A stretch of DNA of 64,000 nucleotides from Candidatus Fermentibacteraceae bacterium (GTDB taxonomy: Bacteria; Fermentibacterota; Fermentibacteria; Fermentibacterales; JCC-6): the NCBI GenBank assembly GCA_041750285.1, contig JBGSZS010000016.1, positions 32,001 to 96,000 of the forward strand, in the 5' to 3' direction. A model generated the notes under the pieces. That model was not told where the DNA came from. It worked only from the letters and a program-made list of their open reading frames with translations, and made no database searches. Made by a program: the position numbers and the translations under genes. Of the stretch, positions 37,344-46,757 are shown in pieces. The first letter of the stretch is position 1. Each line of letters opens with the position of its first letter.

Positions 37344-38849
37344 CTATTCAATCACGGTCATCTTTGTCCGTTCGACACCCTGTATCGACTCGATCCTGAC
37401 GAGATAGCAGCCGGAACCCAGCTCATGCGGCAGAACCGACTCCCCTCGATCCATTCTCCCCTGCAGTATCAGCCTTCCGGAGAGGTCGAAGACCGAGACG
37501 GTCACAGCGAGATCCAGGGGGAACGAGAAGGTCAGCCCATTGGTGGATGGGTTGCGAATAGCCGGCAGGGCCGGTCTCTGACCTTCCGGCACGCCAAGCT
37601 CGATGGAACTTGCCAGAGCCCATGCGTGCTCGGGGGTGGATTCCTGGTCCTGCAATCCGGCAATCACCACCGGGCTCGGATAATCGAGCATTGCCACCGA
37701 GACATTGTACACCCTTTCATCGAACGGCATCTGCCAGACCGGCTCCCCGGTCAGGGCGTTCAAAAGGCTCACGCTTCTCCCGTTTACTGAAGCTGCTGCC
37801 ACACATGGAGTCTCCAGACCATCCAGAAGCACCGGATCAACCCAGGTGACCGACCATGTGTTGGAACCCGAGGGGAAGGTCCATTCAGTTCCACCGTTGA
37901 AACCGTTGAGGCACGCCACTCCTCCATTGTCGGCAGCAAGGGCCACCTCCCCGATCCCGTCTCCGTTCAGGTCGGGTCCGCCCTCAACCTCCATGTACAT
38001 CCCGCTGCCTTCGTAACTCCATGCAGGGGTGCCTCCCGCCGCAAAACAGGCCACTTTGCCGTTGAAGGTGCAGAAAACGGCAAGGGGGTGCGTGTCGGCC
38101 CGGTCAACGGTACTCACGCTCATGCAATCCCCGCCCGGATCGGCCTGCCACAGAAGGCTTCCGTCCGAACTGCTGTAGAGCCTTGCAGTCTGGGTGCTGT
38201 AGCCGTTACCGCCGATTGCTGCAAGCAGATCGCCGTATCCGTCACCGTCCAGGTCGATGAAGGAGGCCAGAGACTCAACGGCATCAGGCTGCCACGCCGT
38301 CCACAGTGAGTCACCCGTTGCCCCGTTCAGACAGACTAAAAGGCCTGTGTTGGAGGAACCCGAGGTGCCGAACCCGCCGGCTGCTTCTGGAATGCCGTCA
38401 CCTGTCAGATCAGGCAGCACGGCACAGCTGTATCCCCAGCCTGTATAAACAGGCATGATCTCACATGCGGCCCATTCCCAGACCACTGCCCCATCGCCCC
38501 CTGAAACCAGTCTCAGGGTTCTGCCCGGAGGGGCATAACCTCCCGGAGTGGCCATCAGCAACTCGTTTTTTCCGTCTCCGGTAACATCGGGGAAAACGGT
38601 CATCCCTTCGTCGGAGTACACCCCGTTGTGGGCGTCACTGGTCCAGATCACTGCTCCGTCCGAACCGGAAAGCGCCCAGAGCGTTGGTTCATCGTCCCAG
38701 AAGTTGACCCCCGAGACGACATCGCCCACCCCGTCCCCGTTCAGGTCTCCCATGTCGACCGAGCAGTAGACCCCGCCACTGGTGACATTGGACCAGAGCA
38801 CCTGAGGAAGTTGGGAAAGAAGAAGCAGAACAAGCATTTCAGCCTCCAT
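37344..38849 (-). CDS. FG-GAP/PQQ-like beta-propeller protein with T9SS-type CTD
   Basis: Repeated DLNGDG/DVTGDG and G..W blades; CTD RNP..VFDLSGR..SGCYLVRI. Confidence 0.82.
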   Translation of the reverse strand: MEAEMLVLLLLSQLPQVLWSNVTSGGVYCSVDMGDLNGDGVGDVVSGVNFWDDEPTLWALSGSDGAVIWTSDAHNGVYSDEGMTVFPDVTGDGKNELLMATPGGYAPPGRTLRLVSGGDGAVVWEWAACEIMPVYTGWGYSCAVLPDLTGDGIPEAAGGFGTSGSSNTGLLVCLNGATGDSLWTAWQPDAVESLASFIDLDGDGYGDLLAAIGGNGYSTQTARLYSSSDGSLLWQADPGGDCMSVSTVDRADTHPLAVFCTFNGKVACFAAGGTPAWSYEGSGMYMEVEGGPDLNGDGIGEVALAADNGGVACLNGFNGGTEWTFPSGSNTWSVTWVDPVLLDGLETPCVAAASVNGRSVSLLNALTGEPVWQMPFDERVYNVSVAMLDYPSPVVIAGLQDQESTPEHAWALASSIELGVPEGQRPALPAIRNPSTNGLTFSFPLDLAVTVSVFDLSGRLILQGRMDRGESVLPHELGSGCYLVRIESIQGVERTKMTVIE

Positions 38850-38899
38850 TCATGCCGCACTTCAACATAGAATGCGCAATGAGGCGGCCACATGCAAGC

Positions 38900-38923
38900 G
38901 CGGGGGTGGAAAACCACCCCCGC
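38900..38923. terminator. Hairpin downstream of hydA (probable terminator)
   Basis: GCGGGGGTGG-AAAA-CCACCCCCGC, a perfect 10-bp stem. Confidence 0.6.
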
Positions 38924-38964
38924 TTCGTTGCGATGCAATCAGTTACGTCAGCAAACTAATCTGT

Positions 38965-40743
38965 CTAAGTCCGTCCCCTTGCCTTGTACGTGGTGTGGAG
39001 GAGCTTGTGGGAGCGGTGGCCGAGGGGTTTCTCGAGGTATTCGGCGTAGATCATCTGGATCTCGGGGTTCTCGTGCGACTTCCTGAGGGGAAGCCTTTCG
39101 TCCTCGGCGTAGATGGCCTTCATGCGGGCAAGCCTGTGCTCCATGTCGGTCGGGATGGGCTGTCCGCCGCCGCCGATGCAGCCGCCGGGGCACGCCATGA
39201 TCTCGATGAAGTGGTACGAGGCTTCTCCGCTCTCCACCATGCGCATGAGCTTGTCGGCGTTGGCAAGGCCATGGGCGATGGCGACCTTGAGGGTGGCTCC
39301 CGCAAGGAACTCCCAACCCGGAGCCATCTTCGAGGGCATCGGGATGTCGGCCTCCTTGATGCCTTCCATTCCCCTGACCGCGCAGATGTTGAGCCCGGGG
39401 AAGGGGACCTCCGAGCCGGTCACGACCTCGTAAGCAGTGCGGAGGGCGGCTTCCATGACGCCGCCGGTGGCTCCGAAGATCGCGGCCGCACCCGTGGACT
39501 CACCCATGAACCTGTCGAAGGGTTCTTCCGGAAGGCGGTCGAACCTGAGGCCGGCCATCTTGATCATCCGGGCCAGCTCACGGGTCGTGAGAACGTAGTC
39601 GACGTCCTGGTATCCGCTGTCCCGCATCTCGGGGCGGTCCTTCTCGAACTTCTTGGCGGTGCAGGGCATGATGGAGACGCTGACGACCTTCGAGGGGTCG
39701 ACGCCTTCCTTCTCGGCCAGGTAGGTCTTCGCAAGGGCACCGAACATCTGCTGGGGGCTCTTGCACGAGGAGAGGTTTGGAAGGAGGGCGCTGTGCTTGT
39801 GCTCGATGAACTTGATCCAGCCAGGCGAGCAGCTCGTGAACATCGGAAGGGCCACCGGCTCCTTGTCGACAAGGGCCTTCTTGAGACGGAAGAGCAGCTC
39901 GTGGCCCTCTTCCATGATGGTGAGGTCTGCGCTGAAGTCGGTATCGAGGACCCTGTTGAACCCGAGCCGTCTGAGGGCGGCAGCCATCTGGCCGGTGTTG
40001 TGGTCGGTGGGCAGACCCAGGGCTTCGCCAATGCCTACCCTGACCGCCGGTGCGGTCTGGACCACGACGAACTTGTCGGGGTCTTCGATGGCGGCAAGGA
40101 CCTCGCCTATCTCGCTTCTCTCGTACAGTGCACCCGTCGGGCAGCGGTTGATGCACTGGCCGCACTGGGTGCAGGGCACCTCGGAGAGGCCCATGTCCTG
40201 GAATGTGCCGATGTAGACGTGGTTGGACCTTTCCATGGGCTTGATCACCGCGACGCTCTGAAGCTCCTCGCAGGTGCGGACGCACCTGGTGCACATTATG
40301 CAGCGGGACTCGTCCCTGACCACTCCCGGGCTGACTTCGATGAAGCTCTCGGGTTTGTCCATGGTCTGGAATGGGTTGTCGGTGAGGCAGTACCTTTCGG
40401 CAAGTTCCTGAAGCTCGCAGTTCTTGTTGCGAACGCACTCCGGGCAGTTCGAGTTGTGGCTTGCGAGTATCAGTTCAAGCACCGCCTTGCGGGACTTCCT
40501 AACCTTGGGGCTGTCCGTGTGAACGACCATGTTCGGGGTGATGGGGGTGATGCAGGCAGGCATGAGGGTCCGCGAGCCATCCACCTCCACCACGCACACC
40601 CTGCAGTTGCCCGCAGTGGATATGTCCGGGTGGTGACACAGGGTGGGGATGTCGATGCCGCTCTGCCTGCAGGCTTCGAGCACCGTGACACCCTCGCGCA
40701 CCATGATGTCCTTACCGTTTACCTTGAGATTGATGCCGGGCAT
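38965..40743 (-). CDS. hydA: [FeFe]-hydrogenase catalytic subunit (group A3 type)
   Basis: H-cluster motifs TSCSPGW, MPCTAKKFE, EIMACPGGCIGGGGQP; N-terminal 2Fe2S, His-ligated 4Fe4S and 2x4Fe4S motifs. Confidence 0.96.
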   Translation of the reverse strand: MPGINLKVNGKDIMVREGVTVLEACRQSGIDIPTLCHHPDISTAGNCRVCVVEVDGSRTLMPACITPITPNMVVHTDSPKVRKSRKAVLELILASHNSNCPECVRNKNCELQELAERYCLTDNPFQTMDKPESFIEVSPGVVRDESRCIMCTRCVRTCEELQSVAVIKPMERSNHVYIGTFQDMGLSEVPCTQCGQCINRCPTGALYERSEIGEVLAAIEDPDKFVVVQTAPAVRVGIGEALGLPTDHNTGQMAAALRRLGFNRVLDTDFSADLTIMEEGHELLFRLKKALVDKEPVALPMFTSCSPGWIKFIEHKHSALLPNLSSCKSPQQMFGALAKTYLAEKEGVDPSKVVSVSIMPCTAKKFEKDRPEMRDSGYQDVDYVLTTRELARMIKMAGLRFDRLPEEPFDRFMGESTGAAAIFGATGGVMEAALRTAYEVVTGSEVPFPGLNICAVRGMEGIKEADIPMPSKMAPGWEFLAGATLKVAIAHGLANADKLMRMVESGEASYHFIEIMACPGGCIGGGGQPIPTDMEHRLARMKAIYAEDERLPLRKSHENPEIQMIYAEYLEKPLGHRSHKLLHTTYKARGRT

Positions 40744-41933
40744 CAGGAATCACCCCCCTCGCAGTTGCATTCCAGAGGAAGCTCCACAAAACCGCCGACC
40801 ATGTCACGGAAGCAGTTGCCCGCGGTCTGGCCAAGGCCGCACTTGCTGGAAACGGCCATCACGTCGCAGAGGTCGATGAAGGGCTGAAGGCATTCCTGGC
40901 AGCACACATCCCCCTCACGGAGGGCTGTGACGGCGTGCAGGAGCCTGGCATTCCCCTCCCTGCATGGCGTGCACTGTCCGCAGGACTCGTGGACGAAGAA
41001 CTCCATGAAGTTCTCGAGGACCTCGAGCATGTCCCGGGAGCTGTCGAACACTATCACGCTGCCGCCCGGAGGGAGGTCACGGAAGGAGAGCACGCGGGCC
41101 GAGTCACCCTTCTTTATGGTCCTCCCGCTGGCCCCGCCGACCTGTACGGCCTGAACGTCACGTGCGCCCGCAAGGTCCAGAAGCTCCCCGATCGAGGAAC
41201 CCATGGCAAGCTCGTAAACGCCCGGCCTCTCGACGTCGCCCGATATGCTGAACAGCTTCGTGCCCGAATCGCCGCCCTCGCCAAGACCGATGAACCACTC
41301 CGCACCGTTCAGGATGATGTGGGGAACCGCGCAGAACGTCTCGACGTTGTTCACTATGGTGGGCTTGTTAAGGTAACCCGCGTTCACGGGGAACGGCGGC
41401 TTGTTCCTGGGTTCGCCCCTGCGGCCTTCCATGCTCTCCAGAAGGGCGGTCTCCTCGCCGCAGACGTATGCCCCGGCTCCCATCCGCAGCTCGATGTCGA
41501 ACGAGAACCCCGACCCGAGGATGTTCGCGCCGAGAAGGTTCTTCCTGCGCATCTCCGCTGCGGCCTTCTCTATCACCGGAACAAGGTAGGGATACTCGGC
41601 CCTCAGGTAGATGTAGCCCTGGTCGGAACCGATGGCGTAACCGCCGAGGGCCATGCCCTCGATCAACCGGTCAGCGTACTTCTCAAGAAGGACACGGTCC
41701 TTGAACGTGCCGGGCTCGCCCTCGTCAGCGTTGCAGACCACGTACTTCCTGTCGCCCGAGGCACCACCGGCGAGAACCCACTTCACTCCCGCGGGGAAGC
41801 CCGCGCCGCCCCTGCCCTGAAGCTTCGCATCCCTGACTTCGAAGGCCACGTCTGCGGGGGTCATCCCCAGGGCCTTCCGGAGGGCGCTTCCCAGCTCGGG
41901 CTGGTTCTCTGCGAGCAGCACTTTCCTTTCCAT
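40743..41933 (-). CDS. hydB: NuoF-like NADH/FMN-binding hydrogenase subunit (short form)
   Basis: GRGGAGFP, NADEGEPGTFKD, GAGAYVCGEE, ESCGQCTPCREG..CGLG. Confidence 0.93.
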   Translation of the reverse strand: MERKVLLAENQPELGSALRKALGMTPADVAFEVRDAKLQGRGGAGFPAGVKWVLAGGASGDRKYVVCNADEGEPGTFKDRVLLEKYADRLIEGMALGGYAIGSDQGYIYLRAEYPYLVPVIEKAAAEMRRKNLLGANILGSGFSFDIELRMGAGAYVCGEETALLESMEGRRGEPRNKPPFPVNAGYLNKPTIVNNVETFCAVPHIILNGAEWFIGLGEGGDSGTKLFSISGDVERPGVYELAMGSSIGELLDLAGARDVQAVQVGGASGRTIKKGDSARVLSFRDLPPGGSVIVFDSSRDMLEVLENFMEFFVHESCGQCTPCREGNARLLHAVTALREGDVCCQECLQPFIDLCDVMAVSSKCGLGQTAGNCFRDMVGGFVELPLECNCEGGDS

Positions 41934-41944
41934 CGACGCCTCCT

Positions 41945-42406
41945 CTACTTAAGACCCGCGACTATGCCGCGGGCCTTCTCCGGCGTGAGCCGGGTGTGGG
42001 GCGTGCCGTTCACCAGCATCGCCGGCGCCTGATCGCAAAGCCCTATGCAAGCCGTGGTCTCGAGGGTCACCCGCCCGTCTGCCGTGGTGTCTCCAACCTC
42101 GATGCCAAGCTCTCCGCGCACCGCTTCCAGGACCTCGCGCTGCCCCTGCATCGCGCAACTGATCGTGCTGCAGATCCGGACTATGTTCCGGCCACGTGGC
42201 TCGGCCGACAGGAAACTGTAAAAACTGACCACGCTGTAAACCTCGGCGGCACTCACGCTGAGTGCCTCCGCTATCCCAATCATGGCCTCGGGGGGTATGA
42301 AGCCCAGCTCTTCGTTCACCTTCGTGAGAAGCTGTATCATCCGCTCACGTCCGCTGCCGTACTCCCTGAGCCCCTCGGCCACTATTTCCATGCAGTCCCG
42401 TGACAC
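41945..42406 (-). CDS. hydC: NuoE-like 2Fe-2S hydrogenase subunit
   Basis: VVSFY, CSTISC, CIGLCDQAP. Confidence 0.93.
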   Translation of the reverse strand: MSRDCMEIVAEGLREYGSGRERMIQLLTKVNEELGFIPPEAMIGIAEALSVSAAEVYSVVSFYSFLSAEPRGRNIVRICSTISCAMQGQREVLEAVRGELGIEVGDTTADGRVTLETTACIGLCDQAPAMLVNGTPHTRLTPEKARGIVAGLK

Positions 42407-42804
42407 TACTTCTCCCCCTTCTCAAGTACTTCCCTGATACGGCTGATGAGGGTCGCGGGGGGAACCGGCTTCTCAAGGAACGCCTCGACCGGGAAAAAAT
42501 CAGGATGTTCTTCGGGCTTGTAGTCGTAGCCCGTCACCTTGCCCACGCTTGTGAGCATGATGATGGGAACGGCACTGTGAAGACGCTGTCTGATGCGCCG
42601 CGCAACGGCGAAACCCTCGTCGGTGTTCTCCATCATCACGTCGAGAACCACGACGTCGGGATGTTCGCGTTCCACCATCTCAAGTCCGGCCGCGCCGCTC
42701 GCGGCCGTGAGCACCTGGAAACCCGCGGCTTCCAGTACGATGCTGTTGGCTTCGATGAAGTCCGGATCATCGTCCACCAGCAGCACCCTGATCCTGTCTG
42801 ACAT
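42406..42804 (-). CDS. Single-domain response regulator
   Basis: LVDDD, LDVMM, MLTS, LEKP. Confidence 0.93.
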   Translation of the reverse strand: MSDRIRVLLVDDDPDFIEANSIVLEAAGFQVLTAASGAAGLEMVEREHPDVVVLDVMMENTDEGFAVARRIRQRLHSAVPIIMLTSVGKVTGYDYKPEEHPDFFPVEAFLEKPVPPATLISRIREVLEKGEK

Positions 42805-42877
42805 TATACGCCCCTTCCGGCTTACGCTCGCCTTCCTGAAGGTTCACCACTGAACTGCCTGGATGCCGTAAAGTGGT

Positions 42878-42906
42878 ATTAGACAACAGTTAGAAGTGAA
42901 AGTCAA
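42878..42906 (-). promoter_or_regulatory. Putative sigma70 promoter of the RR-hydCBA operon
   Basis: TTGACT-17 bp-TCTAAT. Confidence 0.5.
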
Positions 42907-42975
42907 GTGTGGTTGGGCATGCCTGCAACATCGCTTCAACTCGTTGCGTGTCAATGGCAACGATATGCCAGGTGT

Positions 42976-43359
42976 TTACGGGGATGCTGTGAAAGCTGTA
43001 ACGTTAACGTCTGATGCTTCCTGCGCCCTGACAAAGTGGGGCATCCCTTCGGGCAGGACCAGGGACAGTTCCACCAGTCCCGCAACGGCTCCGGAAGAAT
43101 CACGCCAGGCGCTCTGAAAGATCAGTTTCTTCGTGCCGTTCTTCTCAATGGTGTAGACATTCGAACCGCCCGTTCTCATGATCTCCTCTATCTTCGCCCT
43201 CGACCGCGCGTTATGGCATGCCATCAGGTCGGTTCCCAGCAGCGCCCGGCCACCTTTGGCAGCCCATGTCGCCGCTGCGGCGTCGTTCATGTAGACGATC
43301 CTGTGTTCTCTGTCGGAAACCGTCACCGCTCCCGGCAGGCTGCTCACCCAGTCCGGCAT
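42976..43359 (-). CDS. Stand-alone PAS-domain protein
   Basis: AVTVSD..HRIVYMN, LMACH, NVYTIEKNG.KKLIFQ. Confidence 0.8.
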   Translation of the reverse strand: MPDWVSSLPGAVTVSDREHRIVYMNDAAAATWAAKGGRALLGTDLMACHNARSRAKIEEIMRTGGSNVYTIEKNGTKKLIFQSAWRDSSGAVAGLVELSLVLPEGMPHFVRAQEASDVNVTAFTASP

Positions 43360-43402
43360 TGCGTTCACGACACTCCTCTCCCGGGAAACCTGCGGTCTCC
43401 CG

Positions 43403-44008
43403 TCATCCACGCCTTCGTGGAGTGGCCCGGCAGTAACGCCGGAACTCCCCCGGGGTGTTGAGGTTCACGAAGGAATTCAGCAGAGGGTCGCATTCCCTGA
43501 CAGTCTCCTCGTGGACTACCCCCACGTTCACGGATCCATAGAAGCCGGTGGCTTTTGCGTTGCCCGATCCGATGTACGCCCTGATGGGGTCTATGCATGA
43601 GCGCACGTAAACGGCGCATAGAGGTTCGTAGAAGCCCCGGACGACCGGGACCGTCACGTCCGCCCCGTTCAGGGCCTGTGAGCATATCCTTCCGACCAGT
43701 TCGGGTTCGATGAAGGGCATGTCACATCCCATGACGAAAACACGGGGGTTCCCCGCGGCCAGAAGTCCCGAAAGAACACCGACAAGGGGAGATCTCAGGG
43801 GCATCACATCCGTGACCGGCGTGACACACGCCGGAAAGATGCCTGGAGTGCGCCCCGCGACGAGCACTTCTTCAAACATGCCTTCAAGCCTTGTCAGGAT
43901 GTGCTCGAGAATGGGCTTTCCATGAAAGGACAGAAGGTGTTTGGGAATTCCCATTCTGCTGGATTCCCCTCCAGCAAGGATCAGAAGCGAAAAGCCCGGA
44001 AGAAGCAA
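43403..44008 (-). CDS. mobA: Molybdenum cofactor guanylyltransferase
   Basis: ILAGGESSRMG.PK, GCDMPF, EPLCAVY, NLNTP; probable TTG start at 44008 after GAAAGG. Confidence 0.9.
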   Translation of the reverse strand: MLLPGFSLLILAGGESSRMGIPKHLLSFHGKPILEHILTRLEGMFEEVLVAGRTPGIFPACVTPVTDVMPLRSPLVGVLSGLLAAGNPRVFVMGCDMPFIEPELVGRICSQALNGADVTVPVVRGFYEPLCAVYVRSCIDPIRAYIGSGNAKATGFYGSVNVGVVHEETVRECDPLLNSFVNLNTPGEFRRYCRATPRRRG

Positions 44009-44063
44009 GCAACGCCTTTCTATGTGCGACTGGGAGCGACTCGTGCGCTCCACGTCGAAAATG

Positions 44064-44174
44064 GGCCTTTGATGAAGGGTAGCACCCTCATTTCCCGGGT
44101 GGGTGACGCCATCGGAAACAGCCCCGTCCACTCCGTCCGGTTCGCCCTGCGAAGCCGATACCCGTTCAAAGGCC
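44064..44174 (-). ncRNA. Candidate structured RNA / riboswitch in the mobA leader
   Basis: Perfect 9-bp closing stem GGCCTTTGA/TCAAAGGCC enclosing several sub-hairpins. Confidence 0.4.
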
Positions 44175-44307
44175 TCACAGGGCGATACCTGACAAGGACG
44201 TACCACCTTCGTCAAGGGGGCTTCCCGGTACCGTTCGGAACTCGGCCGAGAAGACCGTGGAGAAGAACGGAAAGACCAGAAGAACCTGCGATCCGGGCAG
44301 GAGCCTC

Positions 44308-45726
44308 TCAGTACCTGTACGTCTCCGGCTTGTACGGTCCGTCAACCGGCACGCCTATATAGTCGGCCTGCTCCGGTGTGAGCCTCGAAAGCCTTGCCCC
44401 GAGCTTCTGAAGGTGGAGCATGGCCACTTCCTCGTCGAGCTTCTTCGGAAGAACGTAGACGCCTATACCCGGCTTCTCGCGGACCAGGGCGATCTGTGCC
44501 AGGCACTGGTTGGTGAAGCTGCTGCTCATGACGAAGCTGGGGTGCCCCGTGGCACAGCCGAGGTTCACGAGCCTGCCCTCGGCAAGAAGGTAGATGCAGT
44601 GACCGTCGGGGAAGGTGAACCTGTGAACCTGGGGCTTAATCTCTTCCTTGCCCACCCCGGGCAGGGACTCGAGCGCGTCGACCTGGATCTCGTTGTCGAA
44701 GTGGCCGATGTTGCAGACTATCGACTGGTCCTTCATGCGTCTCATGTGATCGGCCGTTATGACGTCACGGTTGCCCGTGGCGGTGACGTAGATGTCCGCC
44801 TCGGGGAGGGCGAGTTCGACGGTGGTCACCTCGTAGCCCTCCATCGCTGCCTGGAGGGCACAGATCGGATCGATCTCGGTCACGAGGACCCTTGCCCCGA
44901 AACCCCTCATGCTCTGGCAGCAGCCCTTGCCCACGTCGCCGAAACCGCAAACGAGAACGGTCTTTCCCGCGACCATCACGTCGGTGGCCCTCTTGATCCC
45001 GTCGGCGAGTGACTCGCGGCAACCGTAAAGGTTGTCGAACTTGCTCTTGGTCACCGAATCGTTGACATTGTAAGCCGGGAACAGCAGCTGCCCTTCCGAA
45101 AGCATCCTGTAGAGCCTGTGCACCCCCGTGGTTGTCTCCTCGCTGACACCGATCATGCCACGGGCGGTCCTGCTCCAGAACCCTGCATCATCGGAGAGGC
45201 CCCCGATGAGATTCTCCCGCATGCGGCGCAGGTCTTCGGGGCCGTCGCCGATGGCAGGCAGCACTCCGGTCTCCCTGAACTCCTTCTCGAGCGCAACGCC
45301 CGCGTGGATCATCAGTGTGGCGTCTCCCCCGTCGTCCATGATCAGCTGGGGACCCAGCCCCCCCCCGAAGGTCAGGGCCATCCTGGTGCACCACCAGTAC
45401 TCCTCCAGGGTCTCGCCCTTCCAGGCGAACACCGGCACTCCAACGGCGGCGATGGCCGCCGCCGCGTGGTCCTGCGTGCTGAAGATGTTGCAGCTTGCCC
45501 ATCTCACGTCGGCGCCGAGTTCGCGCAGGGTCTCGATGAGAACAGCGGTCTGGACAGTCATGTGAAGCGACCCGGAAAGACGCAGACCGGCAAGCGGCTT
45601 CATGGGGCCATAGTTCCGTCTGATGGCCATCAGTCCGGGCATTTCGTGTTCGGCGATGGCTATCTCCCTTTGACCGAAAGCGGCCAGGGAAGGATCGGCC
45701 ACACGGAAATCGTTCTCAGCGCTCAT
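44308..45726 (-). CDS. ahcY: Adenosylhomocysteinase
   Basis: [49 protein letters not shown]. Confidence 0.98.
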   Translation of the reverse strand: MSAENDFRVADPSLAAFGQREIAIAEHEMPGLMAIRRNYGPMKPLAGLRLSGSLHMTVQTAVLIETLRELGADVRWASCNIFSTQDHAAAAIAAVGVPVFAWKGETLEEYWWCTRMALTFGGGLGPQLIMDDGGDATLMIHAGVALEKEFRETGVLPAIGDGPEDLRRMRENLIGGLSDDAGFWSRTARGMIGVSEETTTGVHRLYRMLSEGQLLFPAYNVNDSVTKSKFDNLYGCRESLADGIKRATDVMVAGKTVLVCGFGDVGKGCCQSMRGFGARVLVTEIDPICALQAAMEGYEVTTVELALPEADIYVTATGNRDVITADHMRRMKDQSIVCNIGHFDNEIQVDALESLPGVGKEEIKPQVHRFTFPDGHCIYLLAEGRLVNLGCATGHPSFVMSSSFTNQCLAQIALVREKPGIGVYVLPKKLDEEVAMLHLQKLGARLSRLTPEQADYIGVPVDGPYKPETYRY

Positions 45727-46639
45727 CTTGTTCTCCCTTCTCGAATGACAGGATCATCATCGAATGTTCTTCGAACACCTTCGTAGCCTTCAGGGTCAGC
45801 CCCGCATCACGGCACCAGGCAAGGAGCTCATCCGGCGAGAAACCGGGCCAGAGGTCGCCGTGACGCTGGCGGAACGAATCAGAGGAGTGGCCCGTGAACT
45901 CCACGAGAACCAGCCGGCCATTGCCGCGGATGACCCTGGCGGCTTCGAGCAGTGCCTCTCCGGGGTTTCCCGCGTGGTGAAGCATGAAGTGCATGACAGC
46001 GGCATCGACCGAACCGTCGCCCAGCGGCAGGTGCTCGGCCTCGCCGAGCCTCAGATCGACACGCGATGCCAGCCCCTTCTCCCCCGCCGATGCTGCCGCG
46101 GCGTCGAGCATTTCAGGCGAGTTGTCGACGCCCACGACCTTCCCCGACACACCGGTCAGGAACGGGATCATGTGGCCCGCTCCCACACCGATCTCCAGAA
46201 GTGAGCCGGGGCTGCCGAGAATCCCGGCCAGGGAATCACGGTAGACCTCGAAAGGGGGCAGGCTTTCACGCACGAGGTTCCACTGTTCACCCAGGGCGCC
46301 GAAGAACTCCCTTGACCTGTTCCGCCTCTCACGGTGGAGCGCTGAGAGCCTTCTCAGATCGGAAGCCGAACAGGAGAGCGCGCCCAGGTTCGAAGTCGCT
46401 GTTTGCAGAAGCCCCGAGACGATAGGCTCATCGGGATTGATCCCGTAGAAGGCCCAGCCCCTCTCTCCGCGGCGGCGAACGATCCCCGCATCGGTGAGCT
46501 GCTTCAGGTGATGGCTGGCGTTGGATTGGGAAAGCCCGAGGACCGAGGCTATCTCGCCCACGGAAAGGGGGCCCCGCGAAAGGATCATGACGATCCTGAG
46601 GCGGTTCCGGTCACCCAGTGCGCGAAAGATCCGTTCCAT
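45716..46639 (-). CDS. sahR: ArsR-HTH + SAM-methyltransferase-fold regulator (SahR type)
   Basis: FRALGD.NRLRI..SHHLKQL plus LEIGVGAG; translationally coupled to ahcY. Confidence 0.85.
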   Translation of the reverse strand: MERIFRALGDRNRLRIVMILSRGPLSVGEIASVLGLSQSNASHHLKQLTDAGIVRRRGERGWAFYGINPDEPIVSGLLQTATSNLGALSCSASDLRRLSALHRERRNRSREFFGALGEQWNLVRESLPPFEVYRDSLAGILGSPGSLLEIGVGAGHMIPFLTGVSGKVVGVDNSPEMLDAAAASAGEKGLASRVDLRLGEAEHLPLGDGSVDAAVMHFMLHHAGNPGEALLEAARVIRGNGRLVLVEFTGHSSDSFRQRHGDLWPGFSPDELLAWCRDAGLTLKATKVFEEHSMMILSFEKGEQDER

Positions 46640-46645
46640 GCCATG

Positions 46646-46674
46646 AGTATATCAACATATGTTCATATAGTCAA
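46646..46674 (-). promoter_or_regulatory. Promoter TTGACT-17-TATACT with an overlapping palindromic operator (46649-46668)
   Basis: ATATCAAC-ATAT-GTTCATAT near-perfect palindrome fills the promoter spacer. Confidence 0.8.
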
Positions 46675-46757
46675 TGACCAGCCGCAGCCACGCCCATGAC
46701 ATGTGCTTGTCTATTGGCTACATTCCCCATGTCGCATCACTTAAAAGGGGGGCCGAT

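Noticed and set aside
38872..40887. 671-aa plus-strand ORF (also 19112-20725, 16702-17838, 532-1620 and similar)
   Set aside because: These are antisense shadows of well-supported genes, expected with GC-rich codon bias; they show no recognisable motifs.
42956..42971. Sigma54 promoter TGGCATATCGTTGC upstream of the hyd operon
   Set aside because: The GG-to-GC spacing is one base short of the strict -24/-12 requirement.
42987..43004. Rex-like site CTGTGAAAGCTGTAACGT
   Set aside because: The second half-site is poor, and it lies within the PAS gene, away from the predicted promoter.
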